From positions 8,246,001-8,310,000 of the forward strand of contig NC_135830.1 of the NCBI RefSeq assembly GCF_964213995.1: a stretch of 64,000 nt of DNA. Direction: 5' to 3'. The position numbers and the translations under genes were made by a program. Under the pieces are notes generated by a model, which saw only the letters and a program-made list of their open reading frames with translations, was not told where the DNA came from and did not search any database. Within the stretch, counting starts at the first letter, position 1. The number at the start of each line of letters is the position of its first letter. This document shows positions 12,905-24,773 of the stretch, in pieces. This DNA is from Mustelus asterias (Eukaryota).

Positions 12905-12970
12905 CGGTCACTTGGTTATCACATTCACCTTATACGCAGGCGGTTCCTGGTTCCTGACCAGGAAGGAACA
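12905..12970 (+). pseudogene. tRNA-Val pseudogene within a direct duplicate of 11450-11780
   Basis: TGGTTATCACATTCACCT...GGTTCC...GGAACA; about 250 bp of upstream flank matches the flank of the 11705 gene. Confidence 0.6.
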
Positions 12971-13412
12971 TTCATTTAGGTTTCCCATGTAGGGTGAGAG
13001 GAATATGTTTGATTTCAGTTTGTTGGTAAACATTATCTGAATCTCGATGTTGCAGCCATATTATCTTTGCTCTGACTCCGGCCTCACATGCTTTCTCCAA
13101 AATCAGAAATGCTGAATTTGATGACGCACATTATACAAAATTGTGTAAATTCTCTCAGACATTCTGGATTATGAACAAAACGTAATTGAGATTAACATTT
13201 ACTTAATGTCTTAAACTTACTTGATGAAAATCTTTGAGTAGAATTTAACTTAAAATAGTCAGTTTCTGTTGAAAGGCCATTAGCTAACATCAATTTCTCC
13301 AGAGAAGCGGACGAAAGTTCGCCAGCATCTGTCTGAAGAGATCGAAAGTTAATGCAGACATTTTTTATCCAAAGTAATATGGAATTGGTAAACCTATTTT
13401 AAAGTTTCACGC

Positions 13413-13485
13413 CGAACCAGCCAGGAGTTGAACTTAGAGCCTTCTGATATGCAGGGAGAGCCGTTACCCATTACGCCACTGGCCC
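13413..13485 (-). pseudogene. tRNA-Arg(ACG)-derived pseudogene
   Basis: Minus strand GGGCCAGTGGCGTAATGG...TCAGAAG...GTTCAACTCCTGGCTGGTTCG; anticodon arm disrupted. Confidence 0.75.
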
Positions 13486-13914
13486 ACACCCAACCTTGTG
13501 GAAGATGTTACATATTGGTCCAACGTTTCGAAATCAGGCAGAATTTTTTTAAAATTCTGCGTTCACTTGTGAGGAAAAGTTTCATCATTCAGAGTGTCTT
13601 TATTCATTTACAATCATCCCTAATTGCCCTTGAATTGAATTGCTGAGTTAACCTGCCGTGTTGGAATTCAAACTGCTGTCTAAATACAATAAGGCTATCC
13701 AACTACTCACCGTTCCCCTCAGTGAATCAACGATCGAATATTACTTGAACATAATATTTTACACACATGTGCCATTAGCTCTTACATATGCCTCAACATG
13801 TATCCAGAACAAAGAAATAGAAGTGTTGTAAATTCTCTGCACACTGAGCAGGAAAAGAACTGCTCTTATTTTGACTCAGCAAACATATTATCAGTTCGTG
13901 CAGTGTCTTCGTGA

Positions 13915-14310
13915 GCAGGTCAGAGGCTGGGAATCCTGCAGCGAGTAACTCACCTGACTCCCCAAAACCTGTCCACCATCTACAAGGCATAAGTCGGGTG
14001 TCAGTGGATACTCCCCACTTATCTGGATGATGCAGGAACTCACCAAATACACTCGAGACAGCTGTTTTCAAATCCAAAACCGCAACCACCTGTAGGTTCC
14101 CCTCAAGGCAATCAATGACCTTGACTTGGAAATATAATGACCAGGAAAAACAACCCGTACCCCTTCACGAACAGCATTATGGATGTACCTGCACCAATAC
14201 ACTGCACTGCTCAAGAAGGCAGCTCGCCACCACCTTCTCAAAAGTAATTAGTGATGGGTAATAAATGCAGGCCCAGCCAGTGACACCCACATCTCGTTAA
14301 TGAATAAAAG
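13915..14310 (+). mobile_element. LINE 3' fragment (CR1/L2 group; shares its tail with the SacSINE1-like SINE)
   Basis: CTGTCCACCATCTACAAGGC...CAAGAAGGCAGCTC.CCACCACCTTCTCAA...AATAAATGC; homologous pieces at 16190-17010, 26175-26400 and 48915-49245. Confidence 0.7.
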
Positions 14311-15021
14311 AAAAAGAACGGGCAATCATGGGATCCCTTGAACAGATGAAGGGTGACAAACTGAATGTCCGCTGCCAAGTCAATCCTTTTGAAAATGTTT
14401 TTTCTCGTGAGCGTGTTGTGCTGATGGATTCCCTGCAGTTTGTGCTCAGGATTTCAAACCAGACCACATATTAACCAATCCCGCTGTCTGCACCTGAATG
14501 AAATGCACAAAACCTGCGGATTAGTCAATAAACATCAAACAGCTCGGCCGGCATGTGAAGTCTAGACTTCTCGCATACTTTGATTTCAAAGACCAAGAGC
14601 AAGAATCGTTCCGCTCGACCAATGACTCTACACTTGCAGTCCTTTCACCAAAGTCTCACTCATTTGTTTGCATCCAAAGCAGCTTATAAATCTCTTTAAA
14701 AGCCAAAATTGTTGAAAGCACTCAGCAGAGAAACATAGAATCCCGACAGTGCTGAAAGAGACCATTCGACCCATCGCGTCTGCACCGACCACAATCCCAC
14801 CCAAGACCCTATCCCCATCACCCTATGCATTTACCCTAGCTGGCCCCCCACCCGCCCCCACGCCCCCGCCCCCCCGCCCCTCCCCCGCCCCCCCGCCCCT
14901 CCCCCGCCCCCCCCCCCAATCAACTCAACAGGAAAATCCGAGCTGCAATAAAAAGCATTTGCTGACAGACGGCGCCAAATTCAAGTCCCAGCGTCACAAA
15001 TGTTAGCATGTATGGATGGCT

Positions 15022-15031
15022 TGTGATGTCA
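15022..15031 (+). promoter_or_regulatory. CRE-like TCR V promoter decamer
   Basis: TGTGATGTCA (TCR V decamer consensus AGTGAYRTCA) about 155 bp upstream of the V leader ATG. Confidence 0.45.
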
Positions 15032-15183
15032 CAATAGACTGACCAACCACCCCTCCCCACTCCACCCAGACGCACACACATACACGCACTCACTCACTGG
15101 AATCAGCCGGACAGAGCCCGGGTTCCCTCTCTCCTCAATCACTGACTCATTCCGTTCGCATTCACCGAGAGAGATGGGCTGCG

Positions 15184-15676
15184 ATGCTTTTGGTCATACT
15201 GGCGGCGCTCTCGCACAGTAAGCACTGGATGATGTTCATCAAACCGGATAAATATATTGATGGCAACTTGATTAACAATCTAAAATATCCATGCGATGCG
15301 CAGAATGGAGGTTCCACAAACTATCGCAGATACAAACACATTTACGTTAACACTTGATATTTCATTCTTCTGCCTTTCCAGACGGGCTGTGCGTAGATCC
15401 AGTAACTCAGTCACCGGTGACAATAACCGCATCGGAAAGGGGCTTTGGCGCAGTTACATTGTAATTAGAGAGAAAAGGATATGCACAGCATGCAATGGTA
15501 TCAGCAGAAACCGGCACAGCCACCGACATGGATTATTTCCAAAATATTAACAATGAAGGAAGATAAAGTTTCAGGACGATATCTGGCGATAGCTAACAAG
15601 TCTAATCAGAACGGTTACCTTAATATCAGCCACCTTCAGTGTGGGGGACGGGGCTGTCAATTACTGTGCAATTAGG
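15184..15676 (+). pseudogene. TCR alpha/delta-type V segment 1 (pseudogene)
   Basis: Leader MLLVILAALSH 15184-15217|gtaag; acceptor at 15381. Exon reads DPVTQSP...AQLHCN...MQWYQQKP...GYLNISHLQ...YCAIR, with frameshifts in FR1 and FR3. Confidence 0.85.
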
Positions 15677-15715
15677 CACAACGTTAGATTACAGTTAAAA
15701 CCCCGTACAAAGACC
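15677..15715 (+). other. 23-bp-spacer recombination signal sequence
   Basis: CACAACG + 23 nt + ACAAAGACC. Confidence 0.85.
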
Positions 15716-16189
15716 TCAGCCATTTTCTACAGGTCCATTAAGTTTGCTTCTGCGAGAATGGTTTGTCCCCGGGTTCACGAAGGCAGTCAGATCTATTTAT
15801 CGGGCATTTTGTCCTGATTGAGATCGGCAAAGAAGCAGTTTGGGAAATCCCCATGCTGCGATTTACATAGTAAGCACGAACCAGGAATATCATCAGCAGG
15901 GTGAACTCAGGTGAAAATATGGCAGGAAATTACAGGCTGTTCTTTCAGAATTGCTAGCTCAAATACCACGACCCCCCCCCCCCCCCCCCCCCCCAGACAC
16001 CGAATCTCCGGTACACTTGGAGTATGCTAAATACTAATTGGATAAAAATCTTAAGTGCTTAACAAATGAGATGTAGAATAACTGCCACATAGACTCACCA
16101 AACAACACGACTATTATTATAAATCCGGGACACAGATGCCTACCCATCAGCACGAAGATAGTCGATTCTCACAGCTGACATTGGTGTAT

Positions 16190-17010
16190 TGTGTGGTGGT
16201 GAGCTGCCTTCTTGAAGCGCTGCCCGAGATGCAGGTACACCCACGTGCTGTTAGTGAGGGAGTTCCAGGGTGTTGACCCAGTGAGCGTGAAGGAATAGCG
16301 ATATATTTCCAAGTAAGGATGTGGAATAACTTGGAAGGGAACCTCGAGGTTGTCGTGTTCCCATTTGTCTGCTGCCCTTGTCCTTCGTGTGTTTGGATTT
16401 TGCGATCTAAAAAAAACCTTGGTGAGTTGCTGCAGTGTATCCTGTAGATGGTGCACACGGCTGCCACTGTTCGTCTGTGGTGGCAGGAATGGATGTTTAT
16501 GGAATGGGTAGCAATCAAGCGGGCTGCTTTGTCATGTATCTTGTCGACCTTATTGAGTTTCGTTGGAGCTACATTCATCCAAGCAAGCAGAGAGTATTCC
16601 ATCACACTCCTGACTTGTACCTTATAGATGCTGGACAGGCTTTGGGGAGTCACGAGGCGTGTTACTCGCCGCAGGATTCATTAGATCTGCTCTGGTAGCC
16701 ACTGTATTAATATTCCTGGGTCCAGTTCAATTTTCGGTCAACTCCCAGGATGTAGATGAGGGTGGGGGTGGGGAAGGGGGTGTGTGTGGGGGCGGGGGGT
16801 GGGGGGGGGGGGTGGAGGTGGGGGAGGTGGGGAGGCGGGAGCAGGGGGGAGGATTCAGCGATGGCAATGCCATTGAACATCAAGGAACGTTGGTTAGATC
16901 CTCTCTTTTAAGAGATGATCATGGTCTGGAACTTGTGCGACGTGAATGTTGCTTGTTTATCAGATCAAACCTGAATATTGTTTAGGTCTTGCGGTATTTG
17001 GGCATAGACC
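16190..17010 (-). mobile_element. LINE 3' fragment (CR1/L2 group) with an internal G-rich tract
   Basis: ORF 16147..16653 has IYKVQVRSVMEYS and HRRTVAA motifs. Confidence 0.8.
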
Positions 17011-17027
17011 AAATGTCTGATTCGAGA

Positions 17028-17320
17028 CATAGAAACATAGAAAAAGGAGCAGGAGGAGGCCATTCGGACCTTTCAGCCTGCTCCGCCTTTCATTACGATC
17101 ATGGCTGATCGTCCAACTCAATAGCCTAATCCTGCTTTACCCCCACAACTTTTGATCTCATTTGCCCAAAGTGCTATTTCTAGCCGCCTCTTGAATGCAT
17201 TCAATGTTTTGCCATCAACTACTTACTGTGGTAATGAATTTCACAGGCTCGCCACTCTTTGGGTGAAGAAATGTCTCCTCACCTCCGTCCTAAATGGTCT
17301 ACCCCGATTCCTCAGACTGT
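17028..17320 (-). mobile_element. CR1 LINE tail
   Basis: ACATAGAAACATAGAA...GGCCATTCGG...AATGAATTTCACAGGCTC. Confidence 0.8.
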
Positions 17321-17577
17321 AAGACAATGCAGTATCATCCTTAAATTAAAGAATGCGGATGATTTTCTCATCACAAAACCCACTCTCACTGAGTGGCTGC
17401 TTCTTCAATCGGATAAGTTATGCCCTGACTGTCAATATGTCTGAGCAAAGCCGCTGTCAGGAATTGCAAAGCCCTGGCAACGGCGCTCACATACTCCATT
17501 TCCTGTTCTCGTTCTGACATGTCTTGCCTGCAGTGTGCTGTTTATTTGATCGCTACAGCAACTGTAAACAGGGGTGA

Positions 17578-17616
17578 GGTTTTTGTACAGTGACTGCCGT
17601 CTTTCCTCTCAGTTTG
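17578..17616 (-). other. 23-RSS with mutated heptamer
   Basis: CAAACTG + 23 nt + perfect nonamer ACAAAAACC. Confidence 0.85.
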
Positions 17617-18034
17617 GGCTCTATCGCACAGTAATATAAACCGGTATCCGTGCTCTCCATGTTTTCAATCATCAACTGGCTCGATTTGTCCGCAGTGGAA
17701 AGTTGCAATTCGAATCGGTCCTTTCTCTCTTTGCCATCCGAGAATCTGCGTATCATCCACTGCAGACCTTGACCGGGCTTTTGTCTGTACCGATACATTC
17801 TGTAAATGCTGGACATATCATAGCTGCAGTTTAGCCGCACCGAATCCCCGCTCTGGGCTGTTCTGGCTATGGGAGTTTGTGAAACTTGGTCCGAACGACA
17901 CCGGTCTATAAAAAAAACATTTAGTCAATTCGGCACTGGAGAAAATGCATTTAAATAGCAGTCTCGACACGTTATAGAGTAACTTTCTTGCACTTACAAA
18001 TTAGTAGAACCATAATAAAATGGAACAGACTCAT
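17617..18034 (-). CDS. TCR alpha/delta-type V segment 2 (open frame, conserved Trp changed to Arg)
   Basis: Leader 18034-17998 MSLFHFIMVLLI|gtaag; exon 17905-17617. Spliced: YRCRSDQVSQTP...VRLNCSY...MYRYRQKPGQGLQW...DRF...DTGLYYCAIE. Confidence 0.88.
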
Positions 18035-19144
18035 TTGCACCGTGGAATACAATAAAAATGTCAATCGGAAAATGGAGCACATCTCACAGCAGAAAGGCAC
18101 GAAGCGAATCAACAACTTCAATATTCCCCTAATGTAAGATGTACCAGAGAAACCTTCAGACACTGGGGTTTTCTGCAATCTGATTGGCTGGAATCAGACT
18201 CTGTTCTTCCGATGTAAGGATGTGTTTGTTGATATACTGCTGCTTCTCTTCCGGGTCACGTGTGAACAAGTCAATTGTTTATAAACCAGGACCCTGTTTT
18301 ACTGCAGTTATTTTAGTTGATAAAAGTGTTTAAAGCCTAACTGTTCAACAATGAAGGCATTGATTTCAAATTGAGGTAATTATTCATGCGAATTCCACCC
18401 AAGTTGCAGTTCAAGTGATCGTTTTAAATACAAGCAGCTCCTCACGCTGCTCAGGTCTGGCTCCGTTATCCTCGGAAACTCTACATTGGGGTCTCAATTG
18501 AAGCATCAACGATTTCGTTGATGTCCTGTACCGTTCTGGTTATTTTCTTTTCTATGCTCATCATCCTCACACTGACAAGAGGAATATCCTGATTTTATTT
18601 ATAACGTCTCATTTTATAATTTCCCCGTGCTTTCCGAAAGGGAAGAATTCGGAAATGTAATGTCGAATATTTACAACCTACAAACAGCAATAGCAACATT
18701 AGCAAGGCGTAGGAATATATTGCGTAAAATATAAACATCCTATTTGTGCTAATAATAATTTGTTTCCATAGTTACTCATTTATTATTTTTTATTTAATAA
18801 AGTTACTGAACACTTTTGTGAGTCTGGAGCTCTTTCCAACATTGAACCCAAACAATCTCTCACTGCCCTCTGGTGGCGCCGACATTAGAAGTAAGTTACA
18901 GCGTCCAAGTATTTTCACCTCCGGGAATCAAGATTGTTTTGAACAATGACCGATCCTAAACTCTGCAACAGTTTTTAAATGTTTTCTCTTTGCATTTTTA
19001 AATTGGAAACTTGTGGTGACGAATCTGTTTTCTCATGGGTTAATCGTCTTCACAATTATTAATTGCTTCATATTTTATCCCACTGCCTCGTCTTTCCTTG
19101 TCCATCTTCCCCTTTGCCATTTAAACTTTCTTACCTTCCACTGA

Positions 19145-19372
19145 ATTTACACATTCTCCCCGTGTCTGCGTGGGTTTCCTCCAGTTGTTCTGGTTTTCTC
19201 CCACAGTCCAAGGATGTGCAAGTTAGGTTGATTGGCCATGATAAATTGGTTCTTATTTCGGGCGATCAGCAGGGTAAAAATGTGGGGTTACGGGAATAGG
19301 GTGGGATTGTTATCAGTGCAGGCTCGATGGGTCGAATGGCCTCCTACTGTGCTGTAGGGATTTTATGATTCT
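19145..19372 (+). mobile_element. HE1 SINE, 3' part
   Basis: ATTCTCCCCGTGTCTGCGTGGGTTTCCTCC...GAATGGCCTCCT...TATGATTCT. Confidence 0.8.
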
Positions 19373-19739
19373 AAATGTAATCAATGCTTCGCTCTTCACA
19401 GATGCAGTCAGATTGAATGAATGTTCCAGAATTTCCAGATGTTCTTATTACAGGCATCAAGCATTTGCAGCATGATGTCTTTGGTTAACTGGTGTGTTCT
19501 CAGAATGGGGAAATTATTTGCAAAGAAAATTGAGATCTCCCTCTAAGCTGAATCCCGATGGGTAAAATCAGAATGATAATAAGATCATCATTAGCCTACA
19601 ATGAAAAGTGATTCACTCGGTCATCACACTTATTGATACAATAGCCGTGTCACACTGGAGAGCGACAATTAAATGCATCATGGTGGAGAATGGATTCACA
19701 CCTCGGCCGGATGTGATGCAGTACACGGGATTTCATGAA

Positions 19740-20095
19740 ATCATAGAATCATACAGCGAAAAAGAGGAATTTCGGCCCATCGAGTCCGCACCAACACATT
19801 AGTAACACCCGAAATCCCACCCAATCCCATTTACCAGCACTTGGCCCATAGCCCTGAAAGTCATGACGTGCCAAGTGCTCATCCAGATTGTTTTTAAAGG
19901 ATATGAGGCAACCCGCATCTACCACCCTCAGAGGCAGCACATTCCAGACCGTCAACACCGTCTGGGTGAAAAAGGTTTTCCTCACAATCCCTTAAACCTC
20001 CTGCCCCTCATCTTGAACCTATGTACCTTGTCGATTGTCCCTTCAAATAAGGAGAACAGTTGCACCTTACCCACTGTGTCCATGCCCCTCATAAC
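19740..20095 (-). mobile_element. CR1 LINE tail
   Basis: Minus-strand ORF RKTFFTQTVLTVWNVLP; ATCATAGAATC tail. Confidence 0.8.
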
Positions 20096-20844
20096 CATAA
20101 GGGTCATAGCGAGAGAAGACAGGAATGAACGTTTCCCGTTGGCCTCTTTTAAGGTCAAACCGAATAAACAAACTCAATTTAAGTCAGGACAAAGTAAAAG
20201 GGGCAGCTCCCCAAAAGTGTGTGGGGGGAGGGGGCGGGGGGGGGGGGGGGGGGGGGGGAGGAACAGCCCGAACAAAAATCAAAGTACAAAGGAAACTTGA
20301 AAACATCAAATTAAAGCGTTTCCCGTTGGCAGAAGGATCAATAGCTCGGATTAAAGATTTCAGGTAACGAGGCTTAGTGGGGGTGTGAGCAAAACTCGTT
20401 ACACCCCGGAGGTGGTGGGAAACTGGAACTCACTGCTGAATGGGTGGTGGAGGCAGAGACCCACTTAACTTTGAGGAAGTATTTAGATGTGTATCTGTGA
20501 TGTCAAGGCATGCAAGGCTATGGGCCCAGAGCTGAACAAAATGGGACTATAATAAGGAGGTGGTTGCTTGAGCGATGCAGACGCGTTGGGGCAAAGGGCC
20601 GTTTCTGTGCTGTAGCCCTCTATGACTGGGTACTTGCTCCTGTGAAACATGACTATTTCTGCTGATATCTCCCAATACGGCTTGAGATGCACTAATTTGA
20701 TGTAGATTTAGGGACATTGTCATGTGAGTTTTTCACATATCAATGGTAGCCGCATAATGACACATTGTTGTCGCACTTCATGTTGCTGCCGCATTGAATG
20801 AAATATGTCAAATGCAATGAGTGACCATTTGCAGCGGACGGCCA

Positions 20845-20916
20845 CGTTCGGCGTTGTAATGATGAGCAGGGTGGACTCTGCATCCAGCGATCGGAGTTCA
20901 AATCTCGGCAGGTCTT
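20845..20916 (+). pseudogene. tRNA-Gln(CTG) pseudogene (cassette 1)
   Basis: TGTAATGATGAGCA..TGGACT-CTG-CATCCAGCGATCGGAGTTCAAATCTCGG. Confidence 0.8.
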
Positions 20917-21174
20917 TGATTTTCTTTGCCACAGCAAATGACTGATTTGCTGCAGGAAATTTTGCTTAAATTTCACAGAAAGTGTTCCTTTAAACATTGA
21001 GAAACTTTCAGCATGTTCCACCGCACTGACACTGCAGCGATTGACTCGCCTGGCGTCACCGCATCAACCCCAGAGTACGATTGCTAAAGAACACAAATCG
21101 CTGAGAGGCGGAGAAACCACCTATCGGTGTCATTCACTCATTCCCAATTTATACAAGAGGTGGGAGAGGAATAG

Positions 21175-21246
21175 TGGTTCCTCTCAGATTCGAGGTAGGA
21201 TTGCTGGATTCAAAGTGCAGAGTACTAACCGTTACACCATGAAAGT
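21175..21246 (-). pseudogene. tRNA-Gln(TTG) pseudogene (cassette 1)
   Basis: Minus strand ATGGTGTAACGGTTAGTACTCTGCACT-TTG-AATCCAGC. Confidence 0.75.
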
Positions 21247-21603
21247 GAAGCGGACCGAGCCATAGCTAAGGCACGAGGCCTTTCTCCGAAAACGTGCACA
21301 CACGTACACAAACACACACACACACGCACGTGCAAACGCACACGCACACACACTCACACTTGCTCAAAGATTGCCAGACTCCAGTCGAATGATTGTTCTT
21401 TTGTGACACCAACTGCTTCTTTCTTTCATCAGAGGAATTAAAGAGCAGCGAAAGGATGAAAAAAACACACTGATGTGCAGGCATCTGGCGCCAGAGACTC
21501 AGCAATGTGCATTGTAATAACAGTTGAACTGGCTGACAAATTGTCCTCTCCGTCCGTACTTTGTAAGCAATTTAAATGAATGTCCGTCAGCAAAGAAAAA
21601 ATG

Positions 21604-21674
21604 AGGTTCTGCCGAGATTTGAACTCGGATCGCTGGATTCATTATTAGTGAATTGACTATTACACCACAGACCC
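21604..21674 (-). pseudogene. tRNA-Gln pseudogene (cassette 1)
   Basis: Intact 3' half ATCCAGCGATCCGAGTTCAAATCTCGGCAGAACCT; 5' half decayed. Confidence 0.75.
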
Positions 21675-21782
21675 CAGAACACATGAACAAGCGGCAAATG
21701 GTCACTCAAAGCATTTGACCTTTTTCATTCAACGTGGCAGCAACAGCAGTGCGAAAACAGTGAGTTGTCATACGCCACTATT

Positions 21783-22252
21783 GATGGGATCAAAGGAAAT
21801 TTGGCAAATTGGATGCAGAATTGTCTGAGTGGCACGGAGCAGACGGTGAATTTCGAGGGCAGTTGTTCAGACTGGAAGCCTATGTCCACTGAGGTCCCGA
21901 AGTGATCAGCGTTGGTGTTCTTGCATCCCTGGTTTGCATGATTGATTTCTATTTGAATGTTGGAGGCTTGAGCAGTAATTTTGCGGATGATAGAAACATT
22001 GGAGAGGTGGTGAATAGGGACAAGGATAGCCTTCTTTCACAGATGGATATTGACAGGGTGGTCAGCTGGGCTGATCAATGGCAAATGGAATTCGATCCGG
22101 ATGTGAGGTGATGCGGTTGGGCAGAACGAACAAGGCAAGCGAATGCATGATGAAGGCTGGACCCTGGGAATCGCCGAGGGACATTGGTGTGCATGTACTG
22201 GGGTCCCTGAATGTAGCAGGACAGGTGAAGAAAGCGGATAATGGAATGAAAA
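21783..22252 (+). mobile_element. CR1 RT fragment between tRNA cassettes 1 and 2
   Basis: SNFADDRNIG and WADQWQMEFDP motifs. Confidence 0.75.
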
Positions 22253-22301
22253 AGGTCAAACTTTTTGAGTGTCCTCATTTAAAGGTGGCGGGTGCGTTTC
22301 T

Positions 22302-22373
22302 GGTTCTATGGTGTAATGGTGAGCACTCTGGACTCTGAATCCAGCGATCCGAGTCCAAATCTCGGTGGAACCT
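22302..22373 (+). tRNA. tRNA-Gln(CTG), near intact
   Basis: GGTTCTATGGTGTAATGGTGAGCACTCTGGACT-CTG-AATCCAGCGATCCGAGTCCAAATCTCGGTGGAACCT; T-loop reads GTCC instead of GTTC; TTTT terminator follows. Confidence 0.9.
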
Positions 22374-23009
22374 TGCTTTTCTTCGCGAAAGCTGGTGACT
22401 GGTTTGCTGAAGGGACTTTTAATTAAAATTCCCAGAAAGTGGAATTCCAAGCACTGAGGAAATTGCAGCAAATTCCAGCGCAATCACATTGCAGGCGATG
22501 CAGCGAATGACTCTCCTGGCGTCATTGTTTCACCCCCAGAGCACGATTGCTCAAGAATCCAAAGCGCTGAGAGGCAAAGAAGCCACAGCGGGCAGGGGGC
22601 CACATAAAGGTGCCATTCATTCACTCATCTGTTCCAATTCTTTAAGAGTTCGGACGGCGAGGGTCCAGAGTGCGAAACGTTTCACCATGGAACCGACAGC
22701 ACTCTGACCTAAGACATTCGGCCTTTCTCCCAAAACGCACCTACACACAGCACACATATACTCACACACTTGATTCATAATTACCAGTCTTCAGTCGAAT
22801 GGTTGCTGTGCCACCAACTGCTCCTTTCTTTCAACACATGAGTTAAAGAGTAGCGAAAAGATGAAAAACACGTACGTTGCAGGCATCTGGCGCCAGAGGC
22901 TCAGCAATGGGCATTGTAATAGCAGGTGAATTGTCTCTCGATTCGTACTCTGTGAAAAAATTAAACGAACTATCCTTCAGCAAATCAATCATCAGCATTG
23001 GAAAAGAAC

Positions 23010-23082
23010 ATCTTCCACTGAGATTTGCACTCCAGTTCCTGTATTTATAGTCCAAAGTTGCTCACCATTACACCACGGAACC
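23010..23082 (-). pseudogene. tRNA-Gln pseudogene (cassette 2); a 5'-half copy also lies at about 22660-22694
   Basis: Minus strand GGTTCCGTGGTGTAATGGTGAGCAACTTTGGACT... Confidence 0.7.
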
Positions 23083-23322
23083 CGGAACAACGCAGCCTGC
23101 TGCAAATGTACTGTCAAACATAACTATTTCTGCTGATTTCTCCCGATGCGGCTTGCCATGAAATGATTTGCTCTAGATTTGGGGAACTGTGTTTTCTGAG
23201 ATTTTCTCCTATCAACGATGGTGCATAACGACGCGTTGTTGTCGTACTTGTTGTTGCTGCCAAAGTGAACGTTATAGGTCAAATTCTTCGAGTGGCCATT
23301 TGTCGATGGTGGGCGTGTTGTG

Positions 23323-23394
23323 GGATCTGTCGTGCAACAGTGAGCACTCTTGACTCTGAGTTCAGCGATCCGAGTTCAAATCACGGCAGAGCCG
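23323..23394 (+). pseudogene. tRNA-Gln(CTG) pseudogene (cassette 3)
   Basis: GTGAGCACTCTTGACT-CTG-AGTTCAGCGATCCGAGTTCAAATC. Confidence 0.78.
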
Positions 23395-24059
23395 TGCTTT
23401 TCTTTGCTTAAACCAATGACTGGTTTGCGAATGGGCATTTTATTAAAAATTCGCAGAAAGTGGAAATCTAAACACTGAGGAAATTTCAGCAAATTCCACC
23501 GCAATCACGTTGCAGACGCTGCGTCACTGCATCAGTCCAGAGGACGGTTGCTCAAGAATACAAAGCGCTGAGAGACAGAGAATCCATACTTAGCAAGGGG
23601 TCTCCTTACAGGTGTCATTCACCTGTTCCAAGTTAAAGAAGAGTTTGGAGGCGAGAGTCCAGAGAGCTAACCGTTATATCATGGAGCCGACAACAATCTG
23701 ACCTGAGACACTAGGGCTTTCTCCCAAATCAGACACACGCACGCAAACACGCCCACATAAATACACACACACACACGCACAAAACACACACACACACACA
23801 CTTGCTCAATAATTGCCAGACTCTAGACAAATCGTTGTTGTTTTTGTGACACCAACTGCTCCTTACTTTCAGCAGAGTTAAAGAATAGCGAAAAAGATGA
23901 AAAACACTGACGTGGCAGGCATCTGGCGCCAGAGGATCAGCAATGTGCATTGTAATAGCAGTTGAACTGGCTGACAAATTGTCCTCCTGATTCGTACTTT
24001 GTGAGAAAATTAAACGATATATCCTTCAGCAAATCCATCGTCTGCATTGGCAAAAAAAA

Positions 24060-24131
24060 AGGTTCCGCCGAAATTTGAACTCAGACCGCTGGATTCGAAG
24101 CCTTCAGAGCTCACCATTACGCCACGGAACC
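24060..24131 (-). pseudogene. tRNA-Gln pseudogene (cassette 3); a 5'-half copy also lies at about 23655-23689
   Basis: Minus strand GGTTCCGTGGCGTAATGGTGAGC...ATCCAGCGGTCTGAGTTCAAATTTCGGCGGAACCT followed by a poly-T terminator. Confidence 0.78.
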
Positions 24132-24738
24132 CAGCACCCGCTGCCAAGTTACGAATGGTTGCTCAAATATTGTCCCAATTTAAGAACAAAGAACAAAGAA
24201 AATTACAGTTCAGAAACAGGCCCTTCGGCCTCCAAGCCTGCACCGACAATGCTACCCGACTGACCGAAAACCCCCGACCCTTCCGGTGACCATATCCCTC
24301 CATTTCTATCCTATTCAAGTAGTTGTCAAGTCGCCACTTAAAACTCACTATCGTATCTGGTGATTTCGTTTTTGATCAGCAAGGTACAAAATTCGTCTCA
24401 ATCTACAATCCCATGAATTACTCACAGCAATTCATATTTACATTGCCCTTGCTGGTTCCTCCCGTCAAAATGTGTAAGCTACCTTCAACAGCATTAAATT
24501 TCACTGTCGCTCACCACATTCAAAGTGCAATGTTAGCATCGTCCTGTATAATCCTGATTGTGGTAAAAATGCTGAACAACATCAGATTATCACAGCTCTG
24601 CTTTCGTCACACTGGAAGCCAATGTGAAAATACGAACAATTTCAAATCTTAACAGACCGGAAGGAGTGCGTGACTGTTGATAATTGGCGCTGTGCACATT
24701 GCCGTACTCAGTATCTGGGAGAATCAGGCAAACGAGAT

Positions 24739-24773
24739 CCTGGTGGTCCAGTGGTTCGGATTCGGCGCTTTCA
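24739..24773 (+). pseudogene. tRNA-Glu(TTC) 5' half
   Basis: TCCTGGTGGTCCAGTGGTTCGGATTCGGCGCT-TTC-A. Confidence 0.65.

Noticed and set aside
13413-13485. Apparent Arg-to-Cys anticodon switch (GCA in a tRNA-Arg body)
   Set aside because: The anticodon stem is unpaired and the B box altered, consistent with neutral decay
14845-14917. Poly-C/G tracts (also at 15972, 16760, 20222, 32500, 33345 and 42700) as switch-like or G4 elements
   Set aside because: Most lie inside decayed retroelements and are common slippage tracts; sharks lack conventional switch regions, and homopolymer lengths are unreliable
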